A DNA stretch of 64,000 nt from an uncultured bacterium (lineage in GTDB: Bacteria; Patescibacteriota; Minisyncoccia; Phycocordibacterales; UBA9973), in NCBI GenBank assembly GCA_903894565.1, contig CAITQP010000004.1:9957-73956 (forward strand), read 5' to 3'. Position numbers and translations under genes: made by a program. The notes beneath the pieces were generated by a model that had not been told where the DNA came from, searched no databases, and saw only the letters and a list, made by a program, of their open reading frames with translations. The stretch's first letter is position 1. Each line of letters begins with the position of its first letter. Below, piece by piece: positions 1-10,727 of this stretch.

Positions 1-97
1 GACAGGCTTCGACCTCGGCAAGTCTCATGGATTAAGGATTACTCCCCTTCCTGCTTGCTTTCTACGGCAAGACCACATTACCGAAAATGTGGCAAAA

Positions 98-256
98 AGT
101 CAACTTTACTTGCCTTGAAGCGATTTGATCACTCCCCCGGCAGTTGGATTACCCGATTGACCGGAGTAATAGTTGGCAACAAAAAGTCCGCCGATACCAA
201 TGACGGCCATGAGGATAAGTCCGAAGAGCATTTTGAGGAAGTGTTTTACGTACATA
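98..256 (-). CDS. possible small membrane protein (~52 aa, MYVKHFLKMLFGLILMAVIGIGG...); not in ORF track because <60 aa
   Basis: Manual minus-strand translation gives an ATG-to-TAA ORF with one clear hydrophobic helix, lying just downstream of the terminator at 275-326. Confidence 0.25.
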
Positions 257-274
257 GGTGCTTATAGTATATAG

Positions 275-326
275 CCCACACAAACAAAAAACCACCCCTT
301 TCGGGGTGGTTTTTTGTTTGTGTGGG
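275..326 (-). terminator. rho-independent terminator (long perfect inverted repeat cccacacaaacaaaaaaccacccc-TTTC-ggggtggttttttgtttgtgtggg)
   Basis: Perfect hairpin with a GNRA-like loop flanked by A/T runs, immediately 3' of the minus-strand gene ending at 340. Confidence 0.7.
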
Positions 327-339
327 CGTTTTTCCAAAC

Positions 340-1341
340 CTATTGAACAACACTGCCGTAAACCAGCTTTGAAATACCACTGATAGTCTCCGTTAAACCA
401 GCCAGATTTTTGCCTCGAGTCATAACACAGAGCAAGTATGGATCTTTTGCCGGATACACGAACCCGCAATCATGAAGCTCAACCGAAGTCACTTGGTCTC
501 CACTTCCAACAACGTGCTCACCATATTTATGCGCCACCACTGTCCCCGATGGGACACCAGCAACAAGACCATCATAGTACGTCGCTTGGCTCAAAATAGA
601 CAAGGCTTTTTCTGAATTTTTGTCAGAGAGATATGTTCCATTGTACAAAACTCGCAAAAAGAGTGAGTAATCTTCTGCCGAAATCATATACAGTGAGTTG
701 TCCGATGGCACTTGTAATCCGAGATTGCGGTACACCATATTGAGATAATTTGGATCAATGTTTGAAATCAACAAATTCATTGCTCCGTTATCTGAATCAA
801 TAATCATAGACCGGATTAGGCTCTCGACAGTGTACGACCTCCCAAACACAAGCGTAGATGGTGATTCAAACGGGATAGACTGCAGTTCTTCAGCAACGTT
901 CGGATTATAGGTCAAATTGGTCCCAAGAATACTTGGGTCGCTGTCTGCTTTTTTTAGATAAGCAACCATGACAACAACTTTCAGCATACTTGCAGGTGCA
1001 TATGCTTCCTTCTCGTTTAAAGCAAACGAACCAGTTTTCTGACCATAATTCACAAAGTAAACCGACGCCGAATCAAGCGATCCTACTTTTTTTTGTGAAG
1101 CAATAAAATCTTTTATTTTATTTAAGAGCGGAACATAAACAGGCGCGGGAATGCTCATGTCGATTCGATTAATAGCAAGTAGCGGATGAATAAATTTATA
1201 ACTCGTATCCTGTTCACGAATACCCATATAGCTATTTGAAGGTGTGATATGAGAATAGTAGCCGACTACAAAACCGGCACTCACACATAGGAGAGCAATC
1301 AGTCCGAGGAGCCAAAATTGTTTTCGCGTGAAGTACTGCAT
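340..1341 (-). CDS. membrane-anchored class A beta-lactamase-like serine hydrolase / PBP-related protein
   Basis: N-terminal TM helix; SxxK-like ASMLK, an SDN motif (IIDSDNGAMN), and a KTG-like HKYG near the C-terminus. Confidence 0.55.
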   Translation of the reverse strand: MQYFTRKQFWLLGLIALLCVSAGFVVGYYSHITPSNSYMGIREQDTSYKFIHPLLAINRIDMSIPAPVYVPLLNKIKDFIASQKKVGSLDSASVYFVNYGQKTGSFALNEKEAYAPASMLKVVVMVAYLKKADSDPSILGTNLTYNPNVAEELQSIPFESPSTLVFGRSYTVESLIRSMIIDSDNGAMNLLISNIDPNYLNMVYRNLGLQVPSDNSLYMISAEDYSLFLRVLYNGTYLSDKNSEKALSILSQATYYDGLVAGVPSGTVVAHKYGEHVVGSGDQVTSVELHDCGFVYPAKDPYLLCVMTRGKNLAGLTETISGISKLVYGSVVQ

Positions 1342-1365
1342 CAGTCGTTAATGGCACCAGTATAC

Positions 1366-1398
1366 AACAAAAAATCCCCTTTCGGGGATTTTTTGTTT
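1366..1398. terminator. bidirectional rho-independent terminator (aaaaaatcccc-TTTC-ggggatttttt)
   Basis: Perfect hairpin flanked by an A-run and a T-run, sitting between two minus-strand genes. Confidence 0.7.
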
Positions 1399-1450
1399 CA
1401 ATTTTAAGTATTGAGATACTCTTTCAATTTACGAACTGTAATCGAAGTGA

Positions 1451-4400
1451 TTACTGGTTGTAAGTTGTAAGAATTGCACCAGTCTCTGCCAATGAACCAT
1501 CAAGAATGTCTGACCATGTGAAACTGGAGCCTGCTCCAAGAGTCAAGTCAACATTTCCAGATGATGTTCCACTGTTAGTTACGTTAGCGTAGAGATCAAA
1601 GAGAACTGTGTCTCCCTTTGAAATCTGGTATCCACTAGCGAATGAGAACCCAGTACCGTTTCCAGTAGGCTGTGTACCTCCGAGTGAAGTGATTGGTGTA
1701 CCGTTAACCTTAACAGTCCATCCTGCGTTTGAAGTAAGGACTGAGTAAGTAACTGGAACCGTTCCAACCAAGATGTCTCCATCATTAGCTGTGATTGCGA
1801 TTGTACCAAACTTTACGTTAGAAGTTGTACCAGTACCAACAGAAGTTGGTGAAGATGTCTTCTTAACTGTAGGTGTAGCACCAACAAGAGTGACTTGGTT
1901 TGAAGTCAATGAAGCACCGCCGTTAAAGGCTGTACCACCGTTTCCAATTGTTCTTGTGACACCACCAGCTGTGTACTTAGCCATGTAAAGATCAATAGCT
2001 GAAGTAGCACCAGAAGTAACACTTGCTGTACCTGCTGTTCCTACTGTTGAGTAAGAAACATAAGCATCAACAGTTGTACCTGTACCACCGTTAGCAACTG
2101 GAATTGCAAGGTTCTGCAACCATGCATATCCTCCAACTACAGGAGCTGAAGTTGTACCAACTTTGATAGAAGTAACAGTGTTTGCACCAGTCACATGGAA
2201 CTTGAGTTCGGTGATTGTTGCAGTTCCTGCTGTAGCGTTGAATACGAAGCGAGCCTTAGTAGCATCAGCCTTTCCGAGCGGTGAAGCAAGGTAAGAAATT
2301 GGTGTTGAGTTTGAAGTCTGGAACGTAGGTGAAGCTGCTGAGTTTGTCAAAAGTCCAGAGTTAACTGTGATTGTTTGACCAGCAACTGCTGTACCTGGAG
2401 CACCGTTCTGCTGAACCGATACGTTTGAACTAATAGCTGTAGCAACGATTGTAGAAATCATTGTCTGACTTGTATTAGAACCAGTAGTAGCAGTTAAATC
2501 GATGATCGCTGTCTGTCCTGGTGTCAACGTGAAGTCAACTGAGAAAGTATTCGTAGTTGAAGGCTGTTGAGGTGTTGTAGGAGCAAAAGCAACTGTTCCA
2601 CCGTTAAAGGTACCAGCAACCTGAAGACCTGAGAGGTCTGTCGTGAGAGCTGTACCAGCACCGATTGGGTTAACAGTAAGTGATGTTACACGTACTGAGT
2701 CAGATGAACTTGTGTTCTGGAAGACGAACGAACCAATCTTAACGTTAGTCGTATTAGGACTGACTGTCTGGTTTGAGTAGTTTCCGTTTGCAGCAACTGT
2801 AAGAGCACCAGCTTGCATAGCAAGAGTGTGTCCTGTACCTGTAGCTGGGCCTGTAGCTACAGCGTGTGAAGAGAATCCTTCACCTACGATAGCAGACAAG
2901 TTTGCAGAAACTGTACCACCTGTGTAAGCAGTACCAGTTGTGTTGCGGAGGTCAGCCTTAACTTCGATCGTACTATCCTGTCCAGCTGTGACCATCATTT
3001 GTGATCCTGGTGTGAATGGGATAGGAGTTCCTACAGTCCAATTTGCTGTACTTGCACCAATCTGTGAACCGTTGAAGAACAAAGTAACGTTCTGGAGACC
3101 AGCTGCGCCACCTGGTGTAACTGTTCCAGCAAGAACTGGAGTTACACTAAGTCCTGTTACTTTTACATCTTCGCCGTATCCGTGGATTGTGTATTTCGCG
3201 ATTGTTGCGTTTGATACACCAGCAGTAACGTTAGACAATGAATTGAATGTCGTATCGTTTGTAAGAGTGTATGAACCAGCACCAATCAAGAATGAAGCTC
3301 CAGTACTTGCTGTGAAGCCAGTGACTGCAAGGTTAACTCCAACCTGTGGATCCATGACCATAAGGTCTGAAGCCTGCTGGAGAGATACCGTGAAGGTGAA
3401 GCTTGATCCCTTTGTGATGTCAGCGCGAACTTCAAGTGTGTGTACGCCTGTTGCAAGAGAAAGTGGAGATGCTGCAAAGTTGAATGACAAGTAGTTTGAA
3501 CCACTCATCATTGTCATTGTAGCGTTGTTTCCAGCTTTGATTCCGTCAACATACAAACCAACGTTTGCCAATGCATCAGCTGGAGCTGAGCCTGAAATAC
3601 GGAAGTTTGCAGCTTTCAATGAGAGAGCGCGAGTATTCACCTGAACAGCTTGTCGCCAAACTGCGTAAGAGTTACTACCAGCATTTACAGAAACGTTTGT
3701 TCCTGTAACCTGCTGTGTTCCAGAGAGAGCCAATGAAGCGAGTGTTGATCCGCCAGCTACGTACATGTCATTTCCCTTAAGTGCTACTGCGTTAACAGAA
3801 GTACCGTTTGTGAATGAAGTAAGAGCTACGTTAACACTGTATGACTGTGTTGATGTCCATACATCCGCCATAACAGATACTGTACGTGAACCGTTAACCG
3901 CGAGGTTAAGATTGTTCATTGTAAGTGTACCTGCTGTGTTGAATGAGTAACCATCTGTGAGGCGAGTTACGCCATCATAGAGGTAAACAGCTGAAAGTGT
4001 ACTTGCATCTGAGATGCCTCCACGAGTAAGAGTAACAGAGTTAACTGTTCCTGTACCTGTGAAAGTAACGTTCAACAAGTTTGCTGTAGCCTGGCCAGCG
4101 ATAACAGTTCCTGCAGCAGGGTTGTTTGCTGAGAGAGCTGCTGTGACTGTTCCAGTCTGAGTTGTTGTACCACCTGTTGTAGTACCACCTGTTGTTGTAG
4201 TAGTTGTACTACTTGTGCATGTACTATTGAGTGATGCGCGAGTAGCAGGACCTACCATTCCTACAGCGGCGAGTTTGTTTGTTGTCTGGTAAGACATAAC
4301 AGCTGCCTTTGTCATGTTACCGAAGTAACCTGTTGCTGGCGAGATGTTAAGTGCGTTCTGAAGAGCAGTAACATCTGCGCCTTTTGAACCAACTGCGAGG

Positions 4401-4654
4401 GTCTTGGTGAACTGGTAGCATGAGCCACTAGTTGTTGTGGTTGTTGTTGCAGGTGTTGCAAGAGCAAGAACCATCTGAGCATTTGCTCCGGTAAGACCGA
4501 GAGCTGCTACGAGAGCCTGTGCTTCTGCAAGTGTCATTGCGCCAGCTGTTGAAGCTACTGCAAGACCTGCTGCAACCAACAATCCCAAACCTGCTTTCGC
4601 AATTTTTGATTTGAGTACGTTAGTCATAGAAGAATGTTTATAAAATAAATGCAC
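1451..4654 (-). CDS. large secreted/surface protein with a PG_binding_1 domain followed by a ~900-aa Thr/Ser/Asn/Gly-rich beta-rich region (S-layer-like or adhesin-like)
   Basis: Signal/TM segment (AGLGLLVAAGLAVAS); poly-Thr linkers; a PG_binding_1 signature (GSKGADVTALQNALNISPATGYFGNMTKAAVMSYQTTNKLAAVGMVGPATRASL). An alternative start is MTNVLKS at 4627. Confidence 0.7.
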   Translation of the reverse strand: MHLFYKHSSMTNVLKSKIAKAGLGLLVAAGLAVASTAGAMTLAEAQALVAALGLTGANAQMVLALATPATTTTTTSGSCYQFTKTLAVGSKGADVTALQNALNISPATGYFGNMTKAAVMSYQTTNKLAAVGMVGPATRASLNSTCTSSTTTTTTGGTTTGGTTTQTGTVTAALSANNPAAGTVIAGQATANLLNVTFTGTGTVNSVTLTRGGISDASTLSAVYLYDGVTRLTDGYSFNTAGTLTMNNLNLAVNGSRTVSVMADVWTSTQSYSVNVALTSFTNGTSVNAVALKGNDMYVAGGSTLASLALSGTQQVTGTNVSVNAGSNSYAVWRQAVQVNTRALSLKAANFRISGSAPADALANVGLYVDGIKAGNNATMTMMSGSNYLSFNFAASPLSLATGVHTLEVRADITKGSSFTFTVSLQQASDLMVMDPQVGVNLAVTGFTASTGASFLIGAGSYTLTNDTTFNSLSNVTAGVSNATIAKYTIHGYGEDVKVTGLSVTPVLAGTVTPGGAAGLQNVTLFFNGSQIGASTANWTVGTPIPFTPGSQMMVTAGQDSTIEVKADLRNTTGTAYTGGTVSANLSAIVGEGFSSHAVATGPATGTGHTLAMQAGALTVAANGNYSNQTVSPNTTNVKIGSFVFQNTSSSDSVRVTSLTVNPIGAGTALTTDLSGLQVAGTFNGGTVAFAPTTPQQPSTTNTFSVDFTLTPGQTAIIDLTATTGSNTSQTMISTIVATAISSNVSVQQNGAPGTAVAGQTITVNSGLLTNSAASPTFQTSNSTPISYLASPLGKADATKARFVFNATAGTATITELKFHVTGANTVTSIKVGTTSAPVVGGYAWLQNLAIPVANGGTGTTVDAYVSYSTVGTAGTASVTSGATSAIDLYMAKYTAGGVTRTIGNGGTAFNGGASLTSNQVTLVGATPTVKKTSSPTSVGTGTTSNVKFGTIAITANDGDILVGTVPVTYSVLTSNAGWTVKVNGTPITSLGGTQPTGNGTGFSFASGYQISKGDTVLFDLYANVTNSGTSSGNVDLTLGAGSSFTWSDILDGSLAETGAILTTYNQ

Positions 4655-5312
4655 TTAATAATCGGCTCGACTCGAGTACCGCTTGCGCGAATACTTGATG
4701 CTGATTGTGTGTGCACCTTTATATGTCTGGCGTTTTTAATCGTCAGACATTTTTGTCTCTTCCCCAAACACATCACTGTGCGAGGTTGAGACGGCTGCCG
4801 TGTCGACATGGCATCTTCCGAGTTTTGCGAGACTGTAATGAGAGACGAAGAATATTTCGTGATCTCGTTTCGCCATCGCACTCCCCAAGAAGTCTTTGCG
4901 ATTGTGACACTGAATTCAGTCGCGCTGTACAAAGTAAAGTTCAAACTATTTCTAGTTTTCGTTTTGCAAAATACAATCGCGTACGTGGGACCATTTCAAT
5001 ATGTTCCACGCTATGCTGTTTTCAATGACCCATCCGCGCGTACTCTTCGAGAGATGCAAAGACGAGAGGCCTATCCTCCGCCCCGCACTTCGAAAAATAC
5101 CGATTTAAACGCAATACCTTCCGCGCACAGAATGCTCGGACAATATTGCGTAACCACATTATATTATTGTGCCCGTATAAGGGCAAAATTTTATCGTGTG
5201 GATAACTGCGACAATAAAGAACGGGAAACAAAAGTTCCGCTCGTCCTCTTTTGATGTCGCAGTTAGATAGCCATCATCTCATATTTTCGTTAAAAAATCA
5301 ATCTCGAACGCG

Positions 5313-6212
5313 CTATGACGCTATGCGATACATACTCCAACGCTTCTCCCCTTCTTTGATTAAGACACCTTCTTTGACGAGTCCGAGAAGCTCGCGCTGG
5401 ATAGTCTTGCCACTCAAATCTTTTAGAAGCGATGTGATGTCGTTGATCGATACACGACCCTTACTTCGAACGACATTAAGGACATCATTTCGGCGTGCGA
5501 TTTTCATTCCAATGTCAGATTTCTTTGGAACAATTTCTGTCCTTTCTGATGGTTCAATTTTTCGAAAAGCCTGTGCTGTATTGATTGAATTCTGTCCGTT
5601 AAAATTGTTCTGTCCTTTATCAAAATTTTCAAGCAATTTTTCGGCTGGCTCTACTTCAAACATTGAACTCGAAAGGAGGATGTTTGCGTAGCCTGGATGT
5701 GTTGAGAAAAGGACAGTCTTACCACCATAGTGATGGTCAATTTCAGTCTTCACTTTTTCAAGTTCACTGATCAAAATTTTGCCATTCATTTCGGAGATCA
5801 AACCAATGGTAGATGCAAGGTTCACAAACACAATAATTTCATCAGCATTTCTTACCACTTCATCAGCAAGTGCGTAATGTGGTTCGGTCGATCGAGCACC
5901 GATTCGGCGAGTACCGGAGACCAGCGCAAGACCAAGTGTCCGTAACTGCGAGCGAAGTGGCTCTGATTCATGGATGAAGTCCGTTACCATATAGATCGCT
6001 GTTGTGATCTTCTCTGTCTTTTTGGCAATAACGGACACCGCTAAATGCTTGTGGTAGAAGTCATTTTGGGCTTGCTGTGTATAGCTTTGTCCTTTTGAAG
6101 TATCAGTATTGTTTTGTGTGTCTTTTTGTTCCATGATTTTTGTTTGGGCAATTTTTTCAAGTTTTTTTCTCGTTAACGGACACCAGTATACGCTACGGAT
6201 TTTCTTTTGCAA
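5313..6212 (-). CDS. hypothetical protein with C-terminal winged-helix DNA-binding domain (putative transcriptional regulator); likely true start MEQKD at 6134
   Basis: C-terminal segment RRNDVLNVVRSKGRVSINDITSLLKDLSGKTIQRELLGLVKEGVLIKEGEKRWSMYRI looks like a wHTH; the N-terminal domain is unassigned. Confidence 0.4.
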   Translation of the reverse strand: MQKKIRSVYWCPLTRKKLEKIAQTKIMEQKDTQNNTDTSKGQSYTQQAQNDFYHKHLAVSVIAKKTEKITTAIYMVTDFIHESEPLRSQLRTLGLALVSGTRRIGARSTEPHYALADEVVRNADEIIVFVNLASTIGLISEMNGKILISELEKVKTEIDHHYGGKTVLFSTHPGYANILLSSSMFEVEPAEKLLENFDKGQNNFNGQNSINTAQAFRKIEPSERTEIVPKKSDIGMKIARRNDVLNVVRSKGRVSINDITSLLKDLSGKTIQRELLGLVKEGVLIKEGEKRWSMYRIAS

Positions 6213-6346
6213 GACCTTTTGCTTCTGATTGCCCTGTCCTTGTTTAGGCCTTTACGTTTCGTTTTTTATCGGACAGCTCCACTGATCTTTTGTTTCTTTT
6301 TCTCGGCCCAAAAAAATGAGCAAAAGAGTGTCTGGGGATAACCCAT

Positions 6347-8599
6347 TTGTATGATAAAATATGCACATCTATGGTACGAAAAAACGAAGAAATTGAAGAA
6401 GAGGAAGACGTCGAAGAGGACGAGAAACCGAAACGAAAATCCTCGCCAAAAAGATCCTCCAAAAATGATAAAAAACGACTCAAAGATGAGACTCGTCAAA
6501 CAGTCCTCGGTGTCGTATTTTTGGCCATCGCAATCTTCTTTGTGATTGCAGGTTTTGGAGCAGGTGGAGTGGTCGGACATTCGACGCGCGAAGCACTCGT
6601 TTATTTGCTCGGCGTTGGCTATATTCTTGCTCCCCTTTTCTTCACGATTCTTGGTATCACTTTCATCCGAACAGGTCGCCCTGAAATCAGATTCGTACAA
6701 GCACTCGGATCAATTTTGTTTCTCACCGGAACGCTCGGACTCATCGATGTTGCGAGTCAGTATTCTCACTCCGCCGGAGTCATCGGAAAATTCTTTGGGT
6801 ACATTTTCTTGGGACCATTCGACACGCTCGGTGCGATCATTTTCTTGGGTGCATTACTCATCATCTCACTTGTCATATTGTTTGATACTCGTCCAACTTT
6901 GACCATCGTCAACAACATCATCAAGCGAGTAGAAAAGTGGTGGGCTGATCGCCAAAAGATGCGCCGTGCATCACGCGAACTCGTAGTGAATGATCCATCC
7001 CAAAACAACGAACCCGCACTGAAACAAAAACCAGAACCTGAGGTCGAGGAATTCGTTGCCGAAGAATTGGAACTTGAAGAGATCGAACCACTCACCAAAA
7101 AGAAAGCTCCGAAAAAACATTCTTCATACGTTCCACCACCAATCGACTTGCTCAAAAAAGATAGTGGTAAACCAAATGTTGGTGACGTAAAAGCAAACGC
7201 CAACATCATCAAACGTGCACTTTCAAACTTCGGTATCGAAGTTGAAATGGATGAAGTCACGATCGGACCATCGGTCACTCGTTACGCACTCAAGCCAGCT
7301 GAAGGAGTCAAACTTGCCCGCATCGTCGGATTGCAAAACGACCTCTCGCTCGCACTCGCCGCGCACCCAATCCGTATCGAAGCACCGATCCCAGGTAAGT
7401 CACTCGTTGGTATCGAAATCCCAAACAAGGGCAAATCTATCGTTGGTCTTGCATCACTCCTTACGGACGAAAAATTCACTCACTCCGACAAACCACTCAT
7501 GGTCGCCCTCGGTCGTGGTATCAATGGATCAGCGCACTTCGCGAACATGGCCAAGATGCCACACGTCCTCGTCGCTGGAGCAACGGGCTCAGGAAAGTCT
7601 GTCACCATTCACTCAATCATTGCCTCACTCCTCTATCGTAATGGTCCAGACGATCTCCGCTTCATCATGATCGACCCAAAGCGAGTTGAGTTGACGCTCT
7701 ATAAGAGTATTCCGCATCTTCTCACTCCCGTCATTACAGATGCCAAGAAAGCCATCCTCGCACTCAAATGGGCAGCCAAGGAAATGGATCGCCGTTACGA
7801 CATCCTTGAAAAAGAGTCAGTACGTGACATCGAGAGTTATCACAAGACAGTATTGACCGACAAGAAGCGCAACAATGAGGATACTCCGCTCGATCCGCTT
7901 CCATATATAGTCATCATTATCGACGAATTGGCCGATATCATGCAAAGCTACCCACGTGAACTCGAAGCCGCAATCGTCCGTCTCGCCCAAATGTCCCGTG
8001 CCGTTGGTATCCATCTTCTCCTCTCCACCCAACGTCCTTCGGTCAACGTCATTACCGGTCTCATCAAAGCGAACGTTCCTTCCCGTGTTGCTCTGCAAGT
8101 TGCCTCACAAATCGACTCTCGCACGATCCTTGACTCAGCTGGTGCCGAGAAACTCCTTGGAGCGGGAGACATGCTCTATGCCGCAGGCGATATGCCTCAA
8201 CCAGAACGTATCCAAAGTGCCTTCGTTTCTGAAGGAGAGCTGAAATCGGTGGTACAATGGATAATAGAGCACAACGAATCAGACGGTGCCGATGAAATTG
8301 TGCTCGCAGGTTCAGTCTCTCCCGACAAAACCATCTTCGATGCTTCTCTTGAAGATACGGGTGATGACGACGACCTGTATGAGGATGCCCGCACGACGGT
8401 CATTGAAGCAGGTAAAGCCTCAACCTCATTCTTGCAACGCAAACTTGGAGTTGGATACGCACGCGCTGCTCGTCTCGTCGATATGCTCGAAGATCGTGGC
8501 GTCATCGGTCCTGGATCAGGTGCGAAACCTCGCGATGTGCTGGTCAGACCTGGCGATGGAATGATGGATGTACCAGCTACTCATCCTGACGGAGAATAA
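6347..8599 (+). CDS. ftsK: DNA translocase FtsK/SpoIIIE
   Basis: Charged N-terminus, about four TM helices, a motor domain with Walker A GATGSGKS and Walker B IIIDELAD, and a C-terminal gamma wHTH (FLQRKLGVGYARAARLVDMLEDRGVIG). The start could instead be MVRKNEE at 6371. Confidence 0.9.
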   Translation: MYDKICTSMVRKNEEIEEEEDVEEDEKPKRKSSPKRSSKNDKKRLKDETRQTVLGVVFLAIAIFFVIAGFGAGGVVGHSTREALVYLLGVGYILAPLFFTILGITFIRTGRPEIRFVQALGSILFLTGTLGLIDVASQYSHSAGVIGKFFGYIFLGPFDTLGAIIFLGALLIISLVILFDTRPTLTIVNNIIKRVEKWWADRQKMRRASRELVVNDPSQNNEPALKQKPEPEVEEFVAEELELEEIEPLTKKKAPKKHSSYVPPPIDLLKKDSGKPNVGDVKANANIIKRALSNFGIEVEMDEVTIGPSVTRYALKPAEGVKLARIVGLQNDLSLALAAHPIRIEAPIPGKSLVGIEIPNKGKSIVGLASLLTDEKFTHSDKPLMVALGRGINGSAHFANMAKMPHVLVAGATGSGKSVTIHSIIASLLYRNGPDDLRFIMIDPKRVELTLYKSIPHLLTPVITDAKKAILALKWAAKEMDRRYDILEKESVRDIESYHKTVLTDKKRNNEDTPLDPLPYIVIIIDELADIMQSYPRELEAAIVRLAQMSRAVGIHLLLSTQRPSVNVITGLIKANVPSRVALQVASQIDSRTILDSAGAEKLLGAGDMLYAAGDMPQPERIQSAFVSEGELKSVVQWIIEHNESDGADEIVLAGSVSPDKTIFDASLEDTGDDDDLYEDARTTVIEAGKASTSFLQRKLGVGYARAARLVDMLEDRGVIGPGSGAKPRDVLVRPGDGMMDVPATHPDGE

Positions 8600-8621
8600 C
8601 GTGTTACTCTATCGCACCCAA

Positions 8622-8987
8622 ATGACACGAGGATTCACCGCAAAAAAAATACTGAGATGGCTAGGCATCGTTCTTCTCTTTGTCGTTATCGTGGGGTACG
8701 CAGTCTTCCGCAGTCGAGACCTTCTCTTTGGCATTCAATTTACGGTGAATGGTCTCACCGACGGGATGACTGTAGACAGTTCGATCCTTGAACTCAAAGG
8801 TGACGCTCGTCATGCAAATGAAATCCGCGTCGACAATCAACCGATCCCCCTTTCTGAAGCTGGTTCGTGGCACGACTCACTCATCCTAATGGAAGGATAT
8901 AATGTTGTGACGATACGAGCGACCGACAAATTTGGAAGAACCATCACCCACGAGTATCGCGTTTATTACAAAAAACAATCATCGTAG
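8622..8987 (+). CDS. hypothetical small membrane-anchored protein
   Basis: Starting at MTRGFTAKK avoids overlap with ftsK; one N-terminal TM helix followed by a beta-rich domain. Confidence 0.4.
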   Translation: MTRGFTAKKILRWLGIVLLFVVIVGYAVFRSRDLLFGIQFTVNGLTDGMTVDSSILELKGDARHANEIRVDNQPIPLSEAGSWHDSLILMEGYNVVTIRATDKFGRTITHEYRVYYKKQSS

Positions 8988-9010
8988 TTTATTCATTAGT
9001 TTTTATTTTT

Positions 9011-10069
9011 ATGGCAGGATTCACAAAAAAAGCACCGAAGGAAAAGAAAGAACACGGCATGGCGATTGATGACACCATCAAATCCATCCAAACAAAATTC
9101 GGAGAAGGTTCGATCATGAAGCTTGGCGACGCTCCAAAAGTAGATGTAGACGTCATTCCAAGTGGCAGTATGGGTCTCGACATGGCACTTGGCGTCGGTG
9201 GTATTCCCCGTGGACGTATCATCGAAGTCTTTGGACCAGAATCATCAGGAAAGACAACACTCGCCCTCCACATCGTGGCAGAGGCACAGAAAAAGGGTGG
9301 AGTCTGTGCATATATTGACGCAGAACACGCAATGGACCCCGTCTATGCAAAGAATCTTGGTGTGAATATAAACGAACTGCTCATCGCTCAGCCTGATACA
9401 GGAGAACAAGGTCTTGAAATCTGTGAGTCACTTGTACGCTCGGGCAAAATTGCCGTCGTCGTTATTGACTCAGTCGCAGCACTCACTCCAAAAGATGAGA
9501 TCGAAGGCGATATGGGCGCACAACACGTGGGCAAACAGGCTCGCCTCATGTCTCAAGCACTCCGCAAGCTCACTGCAATCGTTTCAAAATCAAATACTGT
9601 TGTCATTTTCATCAACCAAATTCGTATGCAGATTGGTGTAATGTTCGGTAACCCAGAAACAACTCCAGGAGGTAAGGCGCTCAAGTTCTATACGTCAGTG
9701 CGTCTCGATATTCGTCGCATCGCCCAAATCAAAAAAGGCGAAGAAGTCGTCGGAGGTCGCACACGCGTCAAAGTCGTGAAGAACAAAGTCGCAGCTCCAT
9801 TCAAACAGACTGAATTCGATATCATTTACGGCGAAGGTATCTCATACGAAGGCGAACTTATGGCACTCGGAGAAAAGATTGGCATCGTGGCGAAGTCGTC
9901 CGGTGGCTCATATACCTATACTCCAGAAGGTAAAGAAGAGGTCAAAATGGGTCGTGGCTATGACGCGACTCGTACATTCTTGAAAGAAAACCCAAAACTC
10001 GAAAAAGAAATCGAAAAAACAATCCGCGCTCGTTTCAGCGATATTCAGGTGCCAAGTGCGGCTGAGTAG
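9011..10069 (+). CDS. recA: recombinase RecA
   Basis: N-terminal [11 protein letters not shown], Walker [10 protein letters not shown], and RecA loops L1/L2 ([23 protein letters not shown]). Confidence 0.95.
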   Translation: MAGFTKKAPKEKKEHGMAIDDTIKSIQTKFGEGSIMKLGDAPKVDVDVIPSGSMGLDMALGVGGIPRGRIIEVFGPESSGKTTLALHIVAEAQKKGGVCAYIDAEHAMDPVYAKNLGVNINELLIAQPDTGEQGLEICESLVRSGKIAVVVIDSVAALTPKDEIEGDMGAQHVGKQARLMSQALRKLTAIVSKSNTVVIFINQIRMQIGVMFGNPETTPGGKALKFYTSVRLDIRRIAQIKKGEEVVGGRTRVKVVKNKVAAPFKQTEFDIIYGEGISYEGELMALGEKIGIVAKSSGGSYTYTPEGKEEVKMGRGYDATRTFLKENPKLEKEIEKTIRARFSDIQVPSAAE

Positions 10070-10143
10070 GAAAAGCTTGAAAAATAACTCTTTTTCGGCT
10101 AGAATCCGAATATTACTATCTTATAACTAGTACGTAGTTCCCT

Positions 10144-10725
10144 ATGGCAAAACTCGAATACAACGAAATCCGCGTCGGAAAAATCATTATTCACAACGAT
10201 GAACCCTGTGAAGTCCTCGACAACCACGTTGCTCGCACACAGCAACGCAAGCCTCAGAACGCGGTTAAACTCCGCAGTTTGAAGAGCGGTAAGGCATACA
10301 ACGAAGTATTCCACGTGTCTGACAGTGCTGATGAGGCCGATCTCGTAAAGCGAGAGGTCAAATTCCTCTTCACCAACAAGGGTGAATACTGGTTTTCGAG
10401 CCCAACAGATCCAAGTGACCGATTCAAGATGGACGCATCTCTCCTTGGCGACAAGGTGAAATTCCTCAATCCAAATGAAATGGTCACCGCTCTCGTTTGG
10501 ACAAACGATGAAGACGAAGAAGAGACTATCGGTGTCTCTCTTCCAGTCAAAATGACCTTTACGGTCAAAGAGGCTCCTCCAGCAATCAAAGGAGACACTC
10601 GTACTGGTGGCTCAAAGCAAGTAATCCTCGAAAACGGTGCGACAATCAACTGTCCTCTCTTTGTGGATGTCGGAGACAAAATCGTAGTCAATACGGTAAC
10701 AAATGAATATGTAGAGCGGGCGTAG
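10144..10725 (+). CDS. efp: translation elongation factor P
   Basis: Three-domain EF-P architecture with VKLRSL and KGDT..GG..A.LENGA...PLFV..GDKI.V.T..Y..R motifs. Confidence 0.85.
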   Translation: MAKLEYNEIRVGKIIIHNDEPCEVLDNHVARTQQRKPQNAVKLRSLKSGKAYNEVFHVSDSADEADLVKREVKFLFTNKGEYWFSSPTDPSDRFKMDASLLGDKVKFLNPNEMVTALVWTNDEDEEETIGVSLPVKMTFTVKEAPPAIKGDTRTGGSKQVILENGATINCPLFVDVGDKIVVNTVTNEYVERA

Positions 10726-10727
10726 CC

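Noticed and set aside
4705-5254. ORFs 4705..5028 and 4808..5254 (+) in the long intergenic region
   Set aside because: Low-complexity, Cys/Arg-rich translations with no domain features; the region is more plausibly a 5' leader/promoter region of the S-layer-like gene.
6244-6700. Minus-strand ORFs 6244..6483 and 6266..6700
   Set aside because: Antisense to the confidently identified ftsK N-terminus; translations are low-complexity.
8989-9273. Minus-strand ORF overlapping the recA start
   Set aside because: Antisense to recA; no support.
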